The notes under the pieces: model-generated
The model's database searches: none
Told to the model about the DNA's origin: nothing
What the model saw: only the letters and a program-made list of their open reading frames with translations
Program-made: the position numbers and the translations under genes
Part shown: piece by piece, positions 1 through 11,906 of the stretch
Layout: each line of letters opens with the position of its first letter
Position numbering within the stretch: position 1 is the first letter of the stretch
From: the human T2T-CHM13v2.0 reference genome, Homo sapiens
Reading direction: 5' to 3' (one strand)
DNA length: 64,000 bases
NCBI RefSeq assembly: GCF_009914755.1
Contig: NC_060930.1

Positions 1-659
1 GCATGAGGAAAAATTATTTTCTAACAAAAATAGGAATAAAATTCAAAATTATATATAAAAATCTAAAATGAAAACGACAGAACCTGTAGTAACCTCTGCA
101 TGATGTAAAGGTGGTTGCAATAAAAATCGCGAGGAAAACTGAAAAGCAGACTGCTTCATTCTCCTTGTGATTCATCGGCCTTGGGGTTTCAGCCTCTGAA
201 AGTTAGAACATGTGTTTGTTTGATGTGAAAAGTATCCAGAGACAAATATCAAATCTCACATAAATTTTTAGTACCTTGGGTAGATTGTAAAATCAAGACT
301 GCTTCATGAAGGCAACAGGACTCTAAATAAACTCTGGAACTAGAGTCAGTCTTTTTATAGTGTGGATACTATATGTAGGGTAGGTAAGTTATTTTACAGA
401 ATAAGAAATCTAGACATGAAGACTCAAATGAGTTTAAGGTTTTGCCTAAACGCATACAACTTTTAAGCCACACCTGGGCCAAACCATTTGACCCCAGATC
501 TGTGCTTTTCCTGCTATCCCACATGGAAATGTATCTGGATGATGTGGAATTTCTCCTGTATTCCTCGCCCTTTCTGACTATACCTTGTGTATTGGTCTAG
601 TTAGGTAAATGCAAGTACACGTAAAGCCCCACCCCACCACCTATTACCTGCAATTTTTT

Positions 660-800
660 TAACCACTCTGAGTCATAGCTGGCTGTTTAAAAAATGTGCA
701 TATAAATTCATACCTCGTGGGGGATATTGTGAGACTTAATGAGACAACATTTGTAAAGAATTTGGGGTAGTCTTTGGCACATAGTAATAGCTCAATAAAC
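660..800 (+). mobile_element. MIR SINE fragment
   Basis: MIR core and 3' motifs: TACCTCGTGGGGGATATTGTGAGACTTAATGAG...GGCACATAGTAATAGCTCAATAAA. Confidence 0.65.
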
Positions 801-899
801 GGAAGTGTAAGGTAGAAAAACTACATAAAAATAACACTCTGTAAGCAAACTTCTGCAAAAAATGTCATTATAATATGTCAAATCGTGGTATGCTAGTTT

Positions 900-1607
900 T
901 AAAACTGCCTTTGCAAAAATTATAACTAAGACAATTATTACAGTCAAAGAGATCTGACCTAACTCACCCCATCTTGCTTCTAACGTCCAAACTGTCCTTG
1001 TCCATTCCTGGATGTAGGCCGAACTCATTTTGGGAGGAACTTAGTTTATAGTTTAACTTTGAAACAAAAATGATAACAGCCTTTTCCCAAAATAAGCCCC
1101 CTTCCTGTCTGAGGACTAGACTTCCTTTGTAGTACTAGCCACAAGATTAGAGATGATGGTTTAGGGGTCATGCAGCTGGAGGCTGCAAGATTCTCAGCCT
1201 CCCCAAATTGCTCCTGGGGATAACATCACTACTGTCGAACCTAAGATCAGTGCTTGAGATATTTTGTAGACCCTGCACTGGGTGAATCTATTGGCACCAC
1301 TCAGATCGATAAACTAGCTCATCTGGTCTTGTGGCTCCCACCAAGGAACTGACTGAGCGCAAGAGGACAACTTTGACTCCTTATAATTTCATCTCCTACC
1401 CAACCAATCAGGACTCCCAACTCACTGCCTCCCTACCCACTTACCCACTAAATTATCCTTAAAAACTTCAATCCCTGAGTTTTCAAGGAGACTGATTTGA
1501 GTCATAATAAAACTCTGGCCTTCTGCACAGCTGGCTCCATATAAATTACCCTTTTTCTATTGCAATTCCCCTGTCTTGATAAATTGGTTCTGTCTAGGCA
1601 GGTTACA
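900..1607 (+). mobile_element. Solo LTR, LTR8A-like (ERV1)
   Basis: Starts TAAAACTGCCTTTGCAAAA (consensus TGAAACCGCCTTTGC), contains AGGAACTGACTGAGCGCAAGAGGACA and AATAAAACTC, ends GGTTACA. 4-bp TSD GTTT at 896-899 and 1608-1611. Confidence 0.9.
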
Positions 1608-2003
1608 GTTTGCAAAGCAGTTTGAGTCATCAGCACCACTTGTAAGGATTTATTAAATCTCCCCTCTGTCTGGGGGCTGTGTGTATGTGTGCCCATGCCT
1701 GGATGAGTGTGGTGTGTGTACTGGGGTCAGAGCAGACAGTATAGGGCAGGTTTTAAACAAATGTGATACCTGGGCTTAGCTTTCAAGAAGTTTCCAATCT
1801 TGTTGAAGATTTAACTCTGGAACTGAAAAATTCACAACTAGATCTGATGTTTCTCAAATTAATAACAGAAGAAATAAGACCTCCAGGAGCTGACAGGAGG
1901 GAGTGGGCAGCCCTGGCTAGAGTGACCCAGGAGAGCTTCACTGAAGACATGGGATTTGCAGTCACCTTGGAAAGATGAAGAGGATCCGACAGGCAGAGAA
2001 GGA

Positions 2004-2200
2004 GCCAGCCATGGTGGCACGTGCCTATAGTCCCAGCAATGGGTTTGGGGTGGGGTGGGCAGTGGGAGTTGGAGGGAGTAAGGAGGCTGAGCAGGAGGAG
2101 ATTTGGAGCCCAGGAGGCTGTAGTGAGCTATGATTGCACCACTGCACTCCAGCCTGGGTGACAGAGCAAAATCCTGTCTTAAAAAAAAATAAAAAGCAAA
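2004..2200 (+). mobile_element. Alu right monomer (FRAM/AluJ-like) with an internal G-rich insertion
   Basis: GGTGGCACGTGCCTATAGTCCCAGC...GTGAGCTATGATTGCACCACTGCACTCCAGCCTGGGTGACAGAGC, followed by an A-rich tail. Confidence 0.85.
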
Positions 2201-2279
2201 TAAAAGCAGGCACAGAAGGGCCAAGAGTTCTTAAAAAATAAAAAAAAAAAAAGGAAATCTCAGAAATCATCTTTCTTCT

Positions 2280-2653
2280 TGTTAAAGTAAGTTTAGCCTA
2301 AAGCTGACTCTTTTCATATTTTAAGCCCAGCCTAAAGGTTTCTTCACACATAGTAAACTGAAACATAACTAGATGTGTAAGCAGATTAAACTACTCTTAT
2401 GCCAGTCACCAAGTTTTGACCAATTAAAGGGGGCTAACTTTTCAAATCATGTTCAAAAAAGACAAACACCAAGCTGTAACCAACTGAGCTGTTTCTGTAC
2501 CTCACTTCCGTTTTCTGTCCATGAATCTTCTTCCACCACGTGACTGTGCTGGAGTCTCTCTGAGCCTACTCTAGCTCAGGAGGCTGCCCAATTCATAAAT
2601 TGTTCTTTGCTCAACTAGATTCCATTAAATTTAATTTTTCTAAGGTTTTAACA
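2280..2653 (+). mobile_element. Solo LTR, MER57-like (ERV1)
   Basis: TGTTAAAGTAAGTTTAGCCTAAAGCTG...GTTTCTGTACCTCACTTCCGTTTTCTGT...TAAGGTTTTAACA, with TG...CA termini. Confidence 0.85.
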
Positions 2654-5015
2654 ATCCTAAATTTGGCCATCAATAATCCAGAAGTCAAGACATAATAGAT
2701 GTCCCTATCAGATAACTCTGAAGCCTGTGTCAACTCTAAGCTCTGCTGGCATCTCTGCCACAGGGAAAGAAGAAAAGGATGGGGAACCACACAGCAGGGA
2801 CAGGGTGGGGCCCTCTGCAGCAGGGGCCTGAGGTCAGCTGTGGCCCTGGGCCCATATCCCAAGCTCTTGATGACCGGCTGGCACTTTGCAAAATATGGAG
2901 TCCTGGGAAAACTTCAACAGCTCATCTTTGGCAAACAGATAGCTATACCACAAGAGTGTACCAGCCTCAATATACCAGGGGCTGTAGCTGGAAGAATGCA
3001 GTGGAATTCCATGCATCTACCTTTCTAGCCTGGGCTTCTCATGGCACACTGCGTAAATGGATATCTGGGCAAGCAAATGAGTGGCAGATCACACTTTCAC
3101 AATCTGGCTTCACAGCAGTAGCAACCTTTTGCAGAATTTGAAATGGCATTATTCACTTACCTCTGAATAATCCTTATTGCATCCTTTCAATATTCCAGAA
3201 ATTGAAATTTTATTAAAATTCAAACTCAGGAAAATGACATTTATTCCACCTCAGGGAAATGGTATTAATAACATTATCCCACCCACTCATATTTTTCCAT
3301 GAGCCCTCACTGACTCTTCCCCCCAACTTCCTTTAATATCCAGGATGATTAATGAAAATTTTATATTTGTAGTTCTAGCTAATGGTTCATTATTCATGTC
3401 TGTAATGTTATCTAAGAGAAGGCGCTGTTGGCTAGGCCATTTTGATATGCATAACCAGCCATTTCTCTTACATTTGAAACGTCTTCATTCCTGTAATATT
3501 TTCGTGGCTGCAGCAGCTGTTGGACATTTTCTAGTTTTTGCACAGCTTTGCAGCTGTGGAAAAATCTTTACTAAAGGTTCTCCAGCTTAGTTTAATGCAG
3601 ATGTCTGGACCTAGTGTGGTTAGCATAAAAATTCAATAGCAGCAGTAATTATTTTTATTATTGTAATATACAGGAAGAAAATCCTGGCTTCCAAGTTGGA
3701 AAGTCCAAGAAGGAGTCAGTAAAGTCTCCACCTCTGACTTCCTAGGAGGCTGGGACAGGGAACCCAAGGACTCAGGGTTCAGGGGACACAGGGTGCATGG
3801 TTTTGCCAAGGTCAAGTCCCCAAGGCCCCGTTGTGAGCCGTGAGCTGAGGTCACCGCTGGCCTCTCCATCGTGGCTCCTGCGTGTCAGCTGGGACTGGCA
3901 GTGGAGCTGTGCGCACAGCCCAGGAGAGATGCTCATGCTTTTTCCTTTGTTTTTCTGACCCCAAGAAAAACATCTCTGATTGAGACACTTGAGAGAACTC
4001 CTTCACTTTGGAAATTTGTGACATCACAAAGAGATTTGTGGCTGTCCTCTTACAAGGGATTACAAATGTTCCAAGGTCAATGCACCGTATCGCCATGGTT
4101 CAGGGACACCCCCCCCTTGCACCCCAAGACAGATGCTGAGGGATGCCAGCATTGAAACTGCATTTTCCTCTGGTCTCTAGATAACAGATTTTCTTCAATG
4201 GGTTCACAGGTTCTCTTGGCATCTCATGGCTTGTTCCAGCCCCTTTCACCCCAGAGGGGACCATCTTGTGACAAACCTGCTGCAAATCAACCTGTGACTT
4301 TGCAGGTGCTGTTGCTGCCTCAAAGCTCACCTTAACCAGGCCTCCCAGGGAGGTGGGGAGCATAAAATGTCATTTTGAAGTTTCCTTTTCCCTAGTTTCT
4401 AAAACACTCTGTGAAGAGCCTAATTTTGTATATGTGGCACCATTTCCTATTTTTAAGTTTTCTTGTCTCTCAGGCAAGATGTGAAGTGTGAAAGGGTGAT
4501 AGAAACACCACAAGCAGAGGGAGGGCTGCTGTGGACGGCCTGTGAGTCTCCCTAAAGACTTGGTGACTGGAGTAATTTTTTTTTTCAGAGTCCATTCAAA
4601 GGACATCCCAACATCATCAGTTAACCAAGTGTGTGTTCCACCCCAGGGAAGGACAGCGTAGGGCCGAGAGGAATCACGGCTGAATGGTCTGAGATCCCGA
4701 CCTGCAGAAGTAACTGGCCACTTCAGGGAAGAGATGACTAAGAGCACTTAGAATTTATCCAGCTCTCAAGGCGACTTCACCAAGGAACAACCACAGTGTT
4801 GTTTTTTCACAGAAACACCAAACTTGGAAATAAACCCTTCCAGGCTGTATGTGGCGCCTCAGTATTCTCCTAATTGTATTTCCAGAGGCCACTCAGAAGG
4901 AGGGAAGTGAGGCTTCCAGGTCTGGACAGCCAGGGTGCAGTCACACTCGGTCCCTCCCCATCCTCTGCCAGGAGGATTAAAGGGGTGCCCTGGGTGCTTC
5001 GTGCTGGGTTCCTTG

Positions 5016-5473
5016 AGTTGTGCTGAACCCCTCTCAACTTCAGTGAGGATGGCACTAGGTTCAAGAGGTCGAAGAGACCCAGAGCCAGTGAATGAGACAT
5101 GGGGTTCTACTGGGGGTTTATATACATGGGAGAGAGTCCAGTGGTGGAGGCTGGACAGGAGAATTACAACCGTTTGCAAAAGCCATGTAGTTTACATAGC
5201 ATTTTCGCTTGGTACCTTCCCCTAACCACCTCCACCCGGCAACCTTCATGCAACCCAAAACAAAGGGCCTCTATTTCCTGTGTGCTCAGCATCCCACGGG
5301 AGGAGCCAGGGGCTCAGATGTTCCTCATAGATACAGAAGGGACCCCTGGGTTGGCCACTCCTGGATTCCTTAGCTGGGAACTCTGAACACACATCCAGGT
5401 GTGTCTGCCATGCAGGGTCATTCTTAGGGTGCAGTCAAGTCCAATTACTACTGTCAGGTACGTCTACCACACA
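5016..5473 (-). mobile_element. Solo LTR, LTR47-like (ERVL)
   Basis: Reverse complement reads TGTGTGGTAGACGTACCTGACAG...AGGAATCCAGGAGTGGCCAACCC...CCCCATGTCTCATTCACTGGCTCTGGGTCTCTTC...GGGGTTCAGCACAAC. Confidence 0.8.
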
Positions 5474-6212
5474 CCATGGGACAGATCCTTTGAGGACCAG
5501 ATCTGCTGCCCTCACTGCCCACACTGAGGTTAGGAAGGGTGGGAAGCAGGAACCAGCCACACTTCTGTGCCTCCCAGCTGCCTTGCCAGTCCCCATGCAG
5601 CTCTCCATGAGAGATGCCAGTGTTTTAGCACAAAGGAACAACTAACGGGGGAATTCCAGGCAGCCACATGGGAAGTCGGCTTAACCGGGGAGGGAGGAAG
5701 GGCCTTTCTGTTCTCCACCCCACCAGCCCCCTCCAAGCCTCTTGCTCTCTGGGCTGTGCCTGGCCCCACAGAGACACCACATTCAGGGTGCCAATGCCTT
5801 TCTCTTCCAGCAGCCACCAGCCTGGAGTGGTGGTCTTGGTGGGGCTGAGCACAAGGGAAGCTGGGAGGGGCCCCTCCCCTTTCTGGCTCTCCTGGGCTCC
5901 CGTGGGCTGTGTTGCTGCTGTCCCTGGCTCACATCCTCCGTGGGAGGTCATCAGGACTGAAGCGCATGGCCAGGAGGGGTGGATCTAGATAGCAGGGCCT
6001 GGGCCCATGAAGCCAGCTTGGCTGTGTGAACCCATCTCTAGGGCCTCTAGGTCCCATCATTCCCTGTACATGGCTGAATGCCTGGTGTGATTTGAGGGAC
6101 CCCAAAATTCACCGCCACCATAACCCACTAAAAATTTGTTTGTACCAATTTGAGGAAGGATAGTCATTACTTTGGAGTGAGGCTTTCTCTAACAGTTATC
6201 TCCCTACCCCCT

Positions 6213-6236
6213 TTAAATACAAATATTTGTATTTAA
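6213..6236. repeat. Perfect 24-bp AT-rich palindrome
   Basis: TTAAATACAAAT|ATTTGTATTTAA is its own reverse complement. Confidence 0.95.
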
Positions 6237-6600
6237 TGGCAGGGCAGGTAATTCGTTGACCTTTTATACTTCATTTTTCACAGATTAGCTGTTAGATCCC
6301 TAGCAAAATGCCTGGAATGGGCCAAAGGACAGGGGAAATGTTGCTAAAAGGAGAAAAGAGGTGCGGTCCACAATGTGGGAAAGGAAGCAGGGTGGGCCAG
6401 TGCTGTGGCAGGGGAACCCTGAAACCAGAGGGTTCCTGGGGTAGGAGGATTATGGGCTGCCTGGAGGGCAGGAGAATGAAGGGGGAGCAGGGAGAGTCCT
6501 GGGCTGCAGAGGAAGGATGGAGTCCAGAAAAAGCCAGAATGAAATTCGGGCTTGCCTTGCCCAGACCCACTGAGTGAACCTGACAGCAGATTTAAAACAG

Positions 6601-7475
6601 AAAAAACAAACAACCCCATCAAAAAGTGGGCAAAGGATATGAACAGACACTTCTCAAAAGAAGACATTTATGCAGCCAAAAAACACATGAAAAAATGCTC
6701 ATCATCACTGGCCATCAGAGAGATGCAAATCAAAACCACAATGAGATACCATCTCACACCAGTTAGAATGGCGATCATTAAAAAGTCAGGAAACAACAGG
6801 TGCTGGAGAGGATGTGGAGAAATAGGAACACTTTTACACTGTTGGTGGGACTGTAAACTAGTTCAACCATTGTGGAAGTCAGTGTGGCGATTCCTCAGGG
6901 ATCTAGAACTAGAAATACCATTTGACCCAGCCATCCCATTACTGGGTATATACCCAAAGGACTATAAATCATGCTGCTATAAAGACACATGCACACGTAT
7001 GTTTATTGCAGCACTATTCACAATAGCAAAGACTTGGAACCAACCCAAATGTCCAACAATGATAGATTGGATTAAGAAAATGTGGCACGTATACACCATG
7101 GAATACTATGCAGCCATAAAAAATGATGAGTTCATGTCCTTTGTAGGGACATGGATGAAATTGGAAATCATCATTCTCAGTAAACTATCACAAGGACGAA
7201 AAACCAAACACCGCATGTTCTCACTCATAGACGGGAATTGAACAATGAGAACACATAGACACAGGAAGGGGAACATCACACTCTGGGGACTGTTGTGGGG
7301 TAGGGGGAGGGGGGAGGGATAGCATTAGGAGATATACCTAATGCTAAATGACGAGTTAATGGGTGCAGCACACAAGCATGGCACATATATACATATGTAA
7401 CTAACCTGCACATTGTGCACATGTACCCTAAAACTTAAAGTATAATAATAAAATAAAAAGAGAAAAAAAAAGAAA
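6601..7475 (+). mobile_element. 5'-truncated L1PA3-like LINE-1 (ORF2 C-terminus, 3'UTR, A-rich tail)
   Basis: ORF 6552-7241 carries the ORF2p C-terminus ([18 protein letters not shown] zinc-knuckle). The 3'UTR has GCTAAATGACGAGTTAATG and a G-tract. Candidate TSD AAAACAG at 6594-6600 and 7503-7509 at a TTT/AAAA endonuclease site. Confidence 0.95.
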
Positions 7476-7479
7476 GATG

Positions 7480-7502
7480 CACACACACACACACACACAC
7501 AC
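7480..7502. repeat. (CA)n microsatellite, about 11 units
   Basis: Read directly from the sequence. Confidence 0.95.
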
Positions 7503-7518
7503 AAAACAGTGCCGACCG

Positions 7519-7576
7519 GCTCGCTTCCCTTGGGGTTAGCTCGCTTCCCTTGGGGTTAGCTCGCTTCCCTTGGGTT
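7519..7576. repeat. 20-bp tandem repeat, about 3 copies (GCTCGCTTCCCTTGGGGTTA)
   Basis: Two perfect units and a third nearly complete unit. Confidence 0.95.
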
Positions 7577-8379
7577 GCCTTCAATGACATTCAATGAACC
7601 CCTGAAGTCCCTCCTTATCCTTCACAGCCCTACAAAGCCAGCTGGTGGATACAGCTACTTTTGTTGATTTTTATATGAACTAAACTAATTAACTAAACAG
7701 ATACTTGATCAACGGGTAATAAAATTCAGTGTTGGTGGATTTTATGTGTATCCACGCAAACAAATTTCAAGCATTAAAATCAGCACTTCCCAGTATCACA
7801 CTTTCCAGAAGGCATCCTTTGAGAGTATTTCCCTGAAACAATAAGCCAGGGTGGCCATCTTCTCCCTGCTGAAAGCTCCTGCCTTCTTGGGGCATCCCAG
7901 CGGAAGGTATGTCCCCTTTCCAGCCTAACAAAACTTTCCCCACCCAATACAAATTCCAGTGTGAAACAAGTATATTTTGCCCTTACTCAAAATAGTGTCT
8001 GGTACCCATATCTAGTTAGCATGACAACAAAAGCATCCTAGAATGACATTGACCTATTATGACATTAATAGTCCTAATTAATTGTCCTAATTAATGTCCA
8101 TATGACATTAATTGTCCTGATTAATCACTGTATGAATGGGAGGCTGCCCCAGCGCTGCAGAGAGCAAGGATCTTCCAGAGGCATGGGGTGGAGGTGGGGA
8201 TGGGGGATGGGGAGACAGAGAGAGAGAGAGAGAACACTTGTTCATCCCTCACCTATGGTCCACTGGTATCCAAACACTGCAGAAACCACAAAGCATGGTT
8301 TTATTTTCTTAGTAATGTGCTGACTTTGGAGAAGTCATGAGACATGCGTGTTTCATCATCATATCCTTCAGTCCTCACT

Positions 8380-8600
8380 GAATGAGCATTAGGATTCTCA
8401 GGGAGCTGTGCTCAGAACCTCACAAACATAATCTCACAGGAGCATCACACGCATACTGAGAGGTCAGTGCAATTACAATCGCTATTCTGCAGATGAGGAA
8501 ACTGCTCTCAGAGAGGCCAGGTGATTTGCTCAAAGTTGAGTCAGGACTGTAATCTGAGTGAGTCTGATTCCAAAGGCTAAGCCTTAACCTACCTCACATG
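8380..8600 (-). mobile_element. MIR SINE
   Basis: ATTCTGCAGATGAGGAAACTGCTCTCAGAGAGGCCAGGTGATTTGCTCAAAG is the antisense MIR core. Confidence 0.75.
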
Positions 8601-8837
8601 GTTGATGATCTCTGTCAGTCACATACCCTCCCACCTCAACCTTGGCCTCAGGCTACTAAGCTTAAAGGCTAATAATAATCTTGACGAATATTTTAAAATC
8701 TGAGGCTAAAAATAATCTTGGCCTTAACCTTAATAACTTTCCATGGCTCTAGGTAGGGGTTTGCCTTTGCCTGGTTACCAAATTCACTTCAGGGCCAGGC
8801 GCTCTAAAACACTCTGCTTGGATCGAAAGTCTTAGCA

Positions 8838-9224
<387 letters not shown>

Positions 9225-9542
9225 TGACATTTCCTTTTATTTATGTTAAGGATGGAGACTTTCTTAAATTACTTGTTGGCGTAAGAACATCTTTTTTATG
9301 AGGACTTTGTTATGAGTTCTTTAAATGTGAACTATTTTCAAACTTCATTGCATTTATTAAGTTTCAGCTTGAAATGTGGCTGACCCATTAGATTGTCTTT
9401 GGGAACCCAGGTTTGACCACTGAAGCAAAGAGAACATTCAATAAAGAGCTCCTGGAAGGCTCGTGTGGAACTCACGGTGGTTGGATGATGGTTGTGTAGT
9501 ATTCTGGAATGTCAATCATACTCTCGTCCCATACATTTCAGG

Positions 9543-9598
9543 CAATAAAAGAAATAGCTGTCTCCTTTTTCAATAAAAGAAGTAGCTGTCTCCTTTTT
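9543..9598. repeat. 28-bp tandem duplication
   Basis: CAATAAAAGAA[A/G]TAGCTGTCTCCTTTTT twice, one mismatch. Confidence 0.9.
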
Positions 9599-10425
9599 AA
9601 GTCACACTTCCTTTAGCATCTGAAATATGACAATAACTTTATTGTATATCTGCATCTTAAACCCTCATATTATGTAAATAATCTCTCTTAAAGTCATTAA
9701 TTTTATGATAGGCCAAGCTTCTTAGGTCTGGCCAACCTATGCTCTAGTGTTAGAACTAAAGAAAACATTCACTTATCCTTGGAAACTATGGTAGGGGAAA
9801 AATAAGATTCTTCAGCTCATGCTAAAATCTCCATGAGCTGTTAGCCATGCAAGAGTTTTTGTTTGTTTGTTTGCTTGTTTTCCTACCACACCTGAATGCA
9901 AAAACCATAATAAGATGCATCTTATATTTAGATAAATTTTCAAATCATAACATTTATATATTATATGTAAAAACACTGTTTTCAATTCAAATTGGGTTAA
10001 AATTAATGGGATTTCCTTAAGATTATTACTTCTTTATACTATGCATTTCAAATGGACACATAGAAGAACTTCCACTTTTGGCCAGATCGGAGTAACTGAT
10101 GCCGGAATTACCTTCTCAACAATTATAAAGCCTGACAAATACATGCGGACATTGTCTTCAGGCATTGAACCCTAGGCACTGCAGGGCTGGAGTCCGTGAC
10201 AGAAAGGAAATATGTGAGGTGATCCCCCTTCATTCACCTTGGCTCTCCACTTGGGGACAGTTTTTTAACTTCAGCATCAGAGGTATAACTAACAAAAGAG
10301 TAGGGTGGTCCTAGTGACCTTCAGAAAGAAAGCACATTTTGGCGTTTGGGGCTCAGGATATCAGAGACTTGCACTGGGGAGAGGGGAAGCAGAAAGTTAG
10401 ACAAGAGTAAGGAGGAGGGCAATAG

Positions 10426-11875
10426 CTCTCCCTCCCCCTCCCCCTCCCCCTCCCCCTCCCCCTCTCCCTCTCCCCGGTCTCCCTCTGATGCCAAGCCAAG
10501 GCTGGACTGTACTGCCGCCATCTCGGCTTGATGCAACCTCCCTGCCTGATTCTCCTGCCTCAGCCTGCCGAGTGCCTGGGATTGCAGGTGCATGCCACCA
10601 GGCCTGACTGGTTTTTGTACTTTTTGGTGGAGACGGGGTTTCGCCGTGTTGGCCGGGGTGGTCTCCAGCTCCTGACCGCGAGTGATCTGCCCACCTGGGC
10701 CTCCCGAGGTGCTGGGATTGCAGACGGAGTCTCGCTCACTCAGTGCTCAATGTTGCCCAGGCTGGAATGCAGTGGCATGATCTAGGCTCGCTACAACCTC
10801 CACCTCCAGCCGCCTGCCTTGGCCTCCCAAAGTGCCGAGATTGCAGCCTCTGCCCAGCCGCCACCCCGTCTGGGAAGTGAGCAGCGTCCCTGCCTGGCCG
10901 CCCGTCCTCTGGGATGTGAGGAGCCCCTCTGCCTGGCTGCCCAGTCTGGGAAATGAGGAGCGCCTCTGCCCTGCAGCCCATCGTCTGAGACGTGGGGAGC
11001 ACCTCTGCCCCGCTGCCCCATCTGGGATGTGAGGAGCGCCTCTGCCCGGCCACGACCCCGTCTGGGATCTGAGGAGTGTCTCTGCCCGACCGCCACCCCG
11101 TCTGGGAGGTGAGGAGCGTCTCTGCCCGGCCGCCCCGTCTGAGAAGTGAGGAGCCCCTCCGCCCGGCAGCCGCCCCCTCTGGGAAGTGAGGAGCATCTCC
11201 GCCTGGCAGCCGCCCCGTCCAGGAGGTGGGGGGCAGCCCCCGCCCGGCCAGCCGCCCCGTCCGGGAGGGAGGTGGGGGCCAGCCCCCGCCCAGCCAGCCG
11301 CCCCATCCGGGAGGGAGGTGGGGGGCAGCCCCCACCCAGCCAGCCGCCCCGTCCGGGAGGGAGGTGGGGGGCAGCCCCTGCCCGGCAGCCGCCCCGTCCG
11401 GGAGGTGGGGGGCACCTCCGCCCGGCCACCCCGTCTGGGAAGTGAGGAGCCCCTCTGCCCGGCCACCACCCTGTCTGCCGTCTGGGAGGTGTACCCAACA
11501 GCTCTTTGAGAACGGGCCATGATGACGATGGCGGTTTTGTTGAATAGAAAAGGGGGAAATGTGGGAAAAAGAAAGAGAGATCAGATTGTTACTGTGTCTG
11601 TGTAGAAAGAAGTAGACATAGGAGACTCCATTTTGTTCTGTACTAAGAAAAATTCTTCTGCCTTGGGATGCTGTTAATCTATAACCTTACCCCCAACCCC
11701 GTGCTCTCTGAAACATGTGCTGTGTCCACTCTGGGTTAAATGGACTAAGGGCGGTGCAAGATGTGCTTTGTTAAACAGATGCTTGAAGGCAGCATGCTCG
11801 TTAAGAGTCATCACCACTCCCTAATCTCAAGTACCCAGGGACACAAACACTGCGGAAGGCCGCAGGGTCCTCTGC

Positions 11876-11902
<27 letters not shown>
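10426..11902 (+). mobile_element. SVA retrotransposon (SVA_B-like), 3'-truncated in SINE-R
   Basis: CCCTCT/CCCCCT hexamers, antisense Alu-like region, GC-rich VNTR (about 10850-11490), SINE-R, poly(A) 11878-11902. 15-bp TSD AAGAGTAAGGAGGAG at 10403-10417 and 11903-11917. Confidence 0.97.

Positions 11903-11906
<4 letters not shown>

Noticed and set aside
6552-7241. 229-aa ORF with a CCHC motif
   Set aside because: It is the C-terminus of L1 ORF2p in a 5'-truncated element with a chance upstream TTG start; no promoter, endonuclease or RT domain.
10640-11520. CpG-island-like GC-rich region as a gene promoter
   Set aside because: It is entirely within the SVA.
10736-11522. Overlapping 199-257 aa Gly/Arg/Pro-rich ORFs on both strands
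   Set aside because: They lie in the GC-rich SVA VNTR, which is stop-poor in most frames; not genes.
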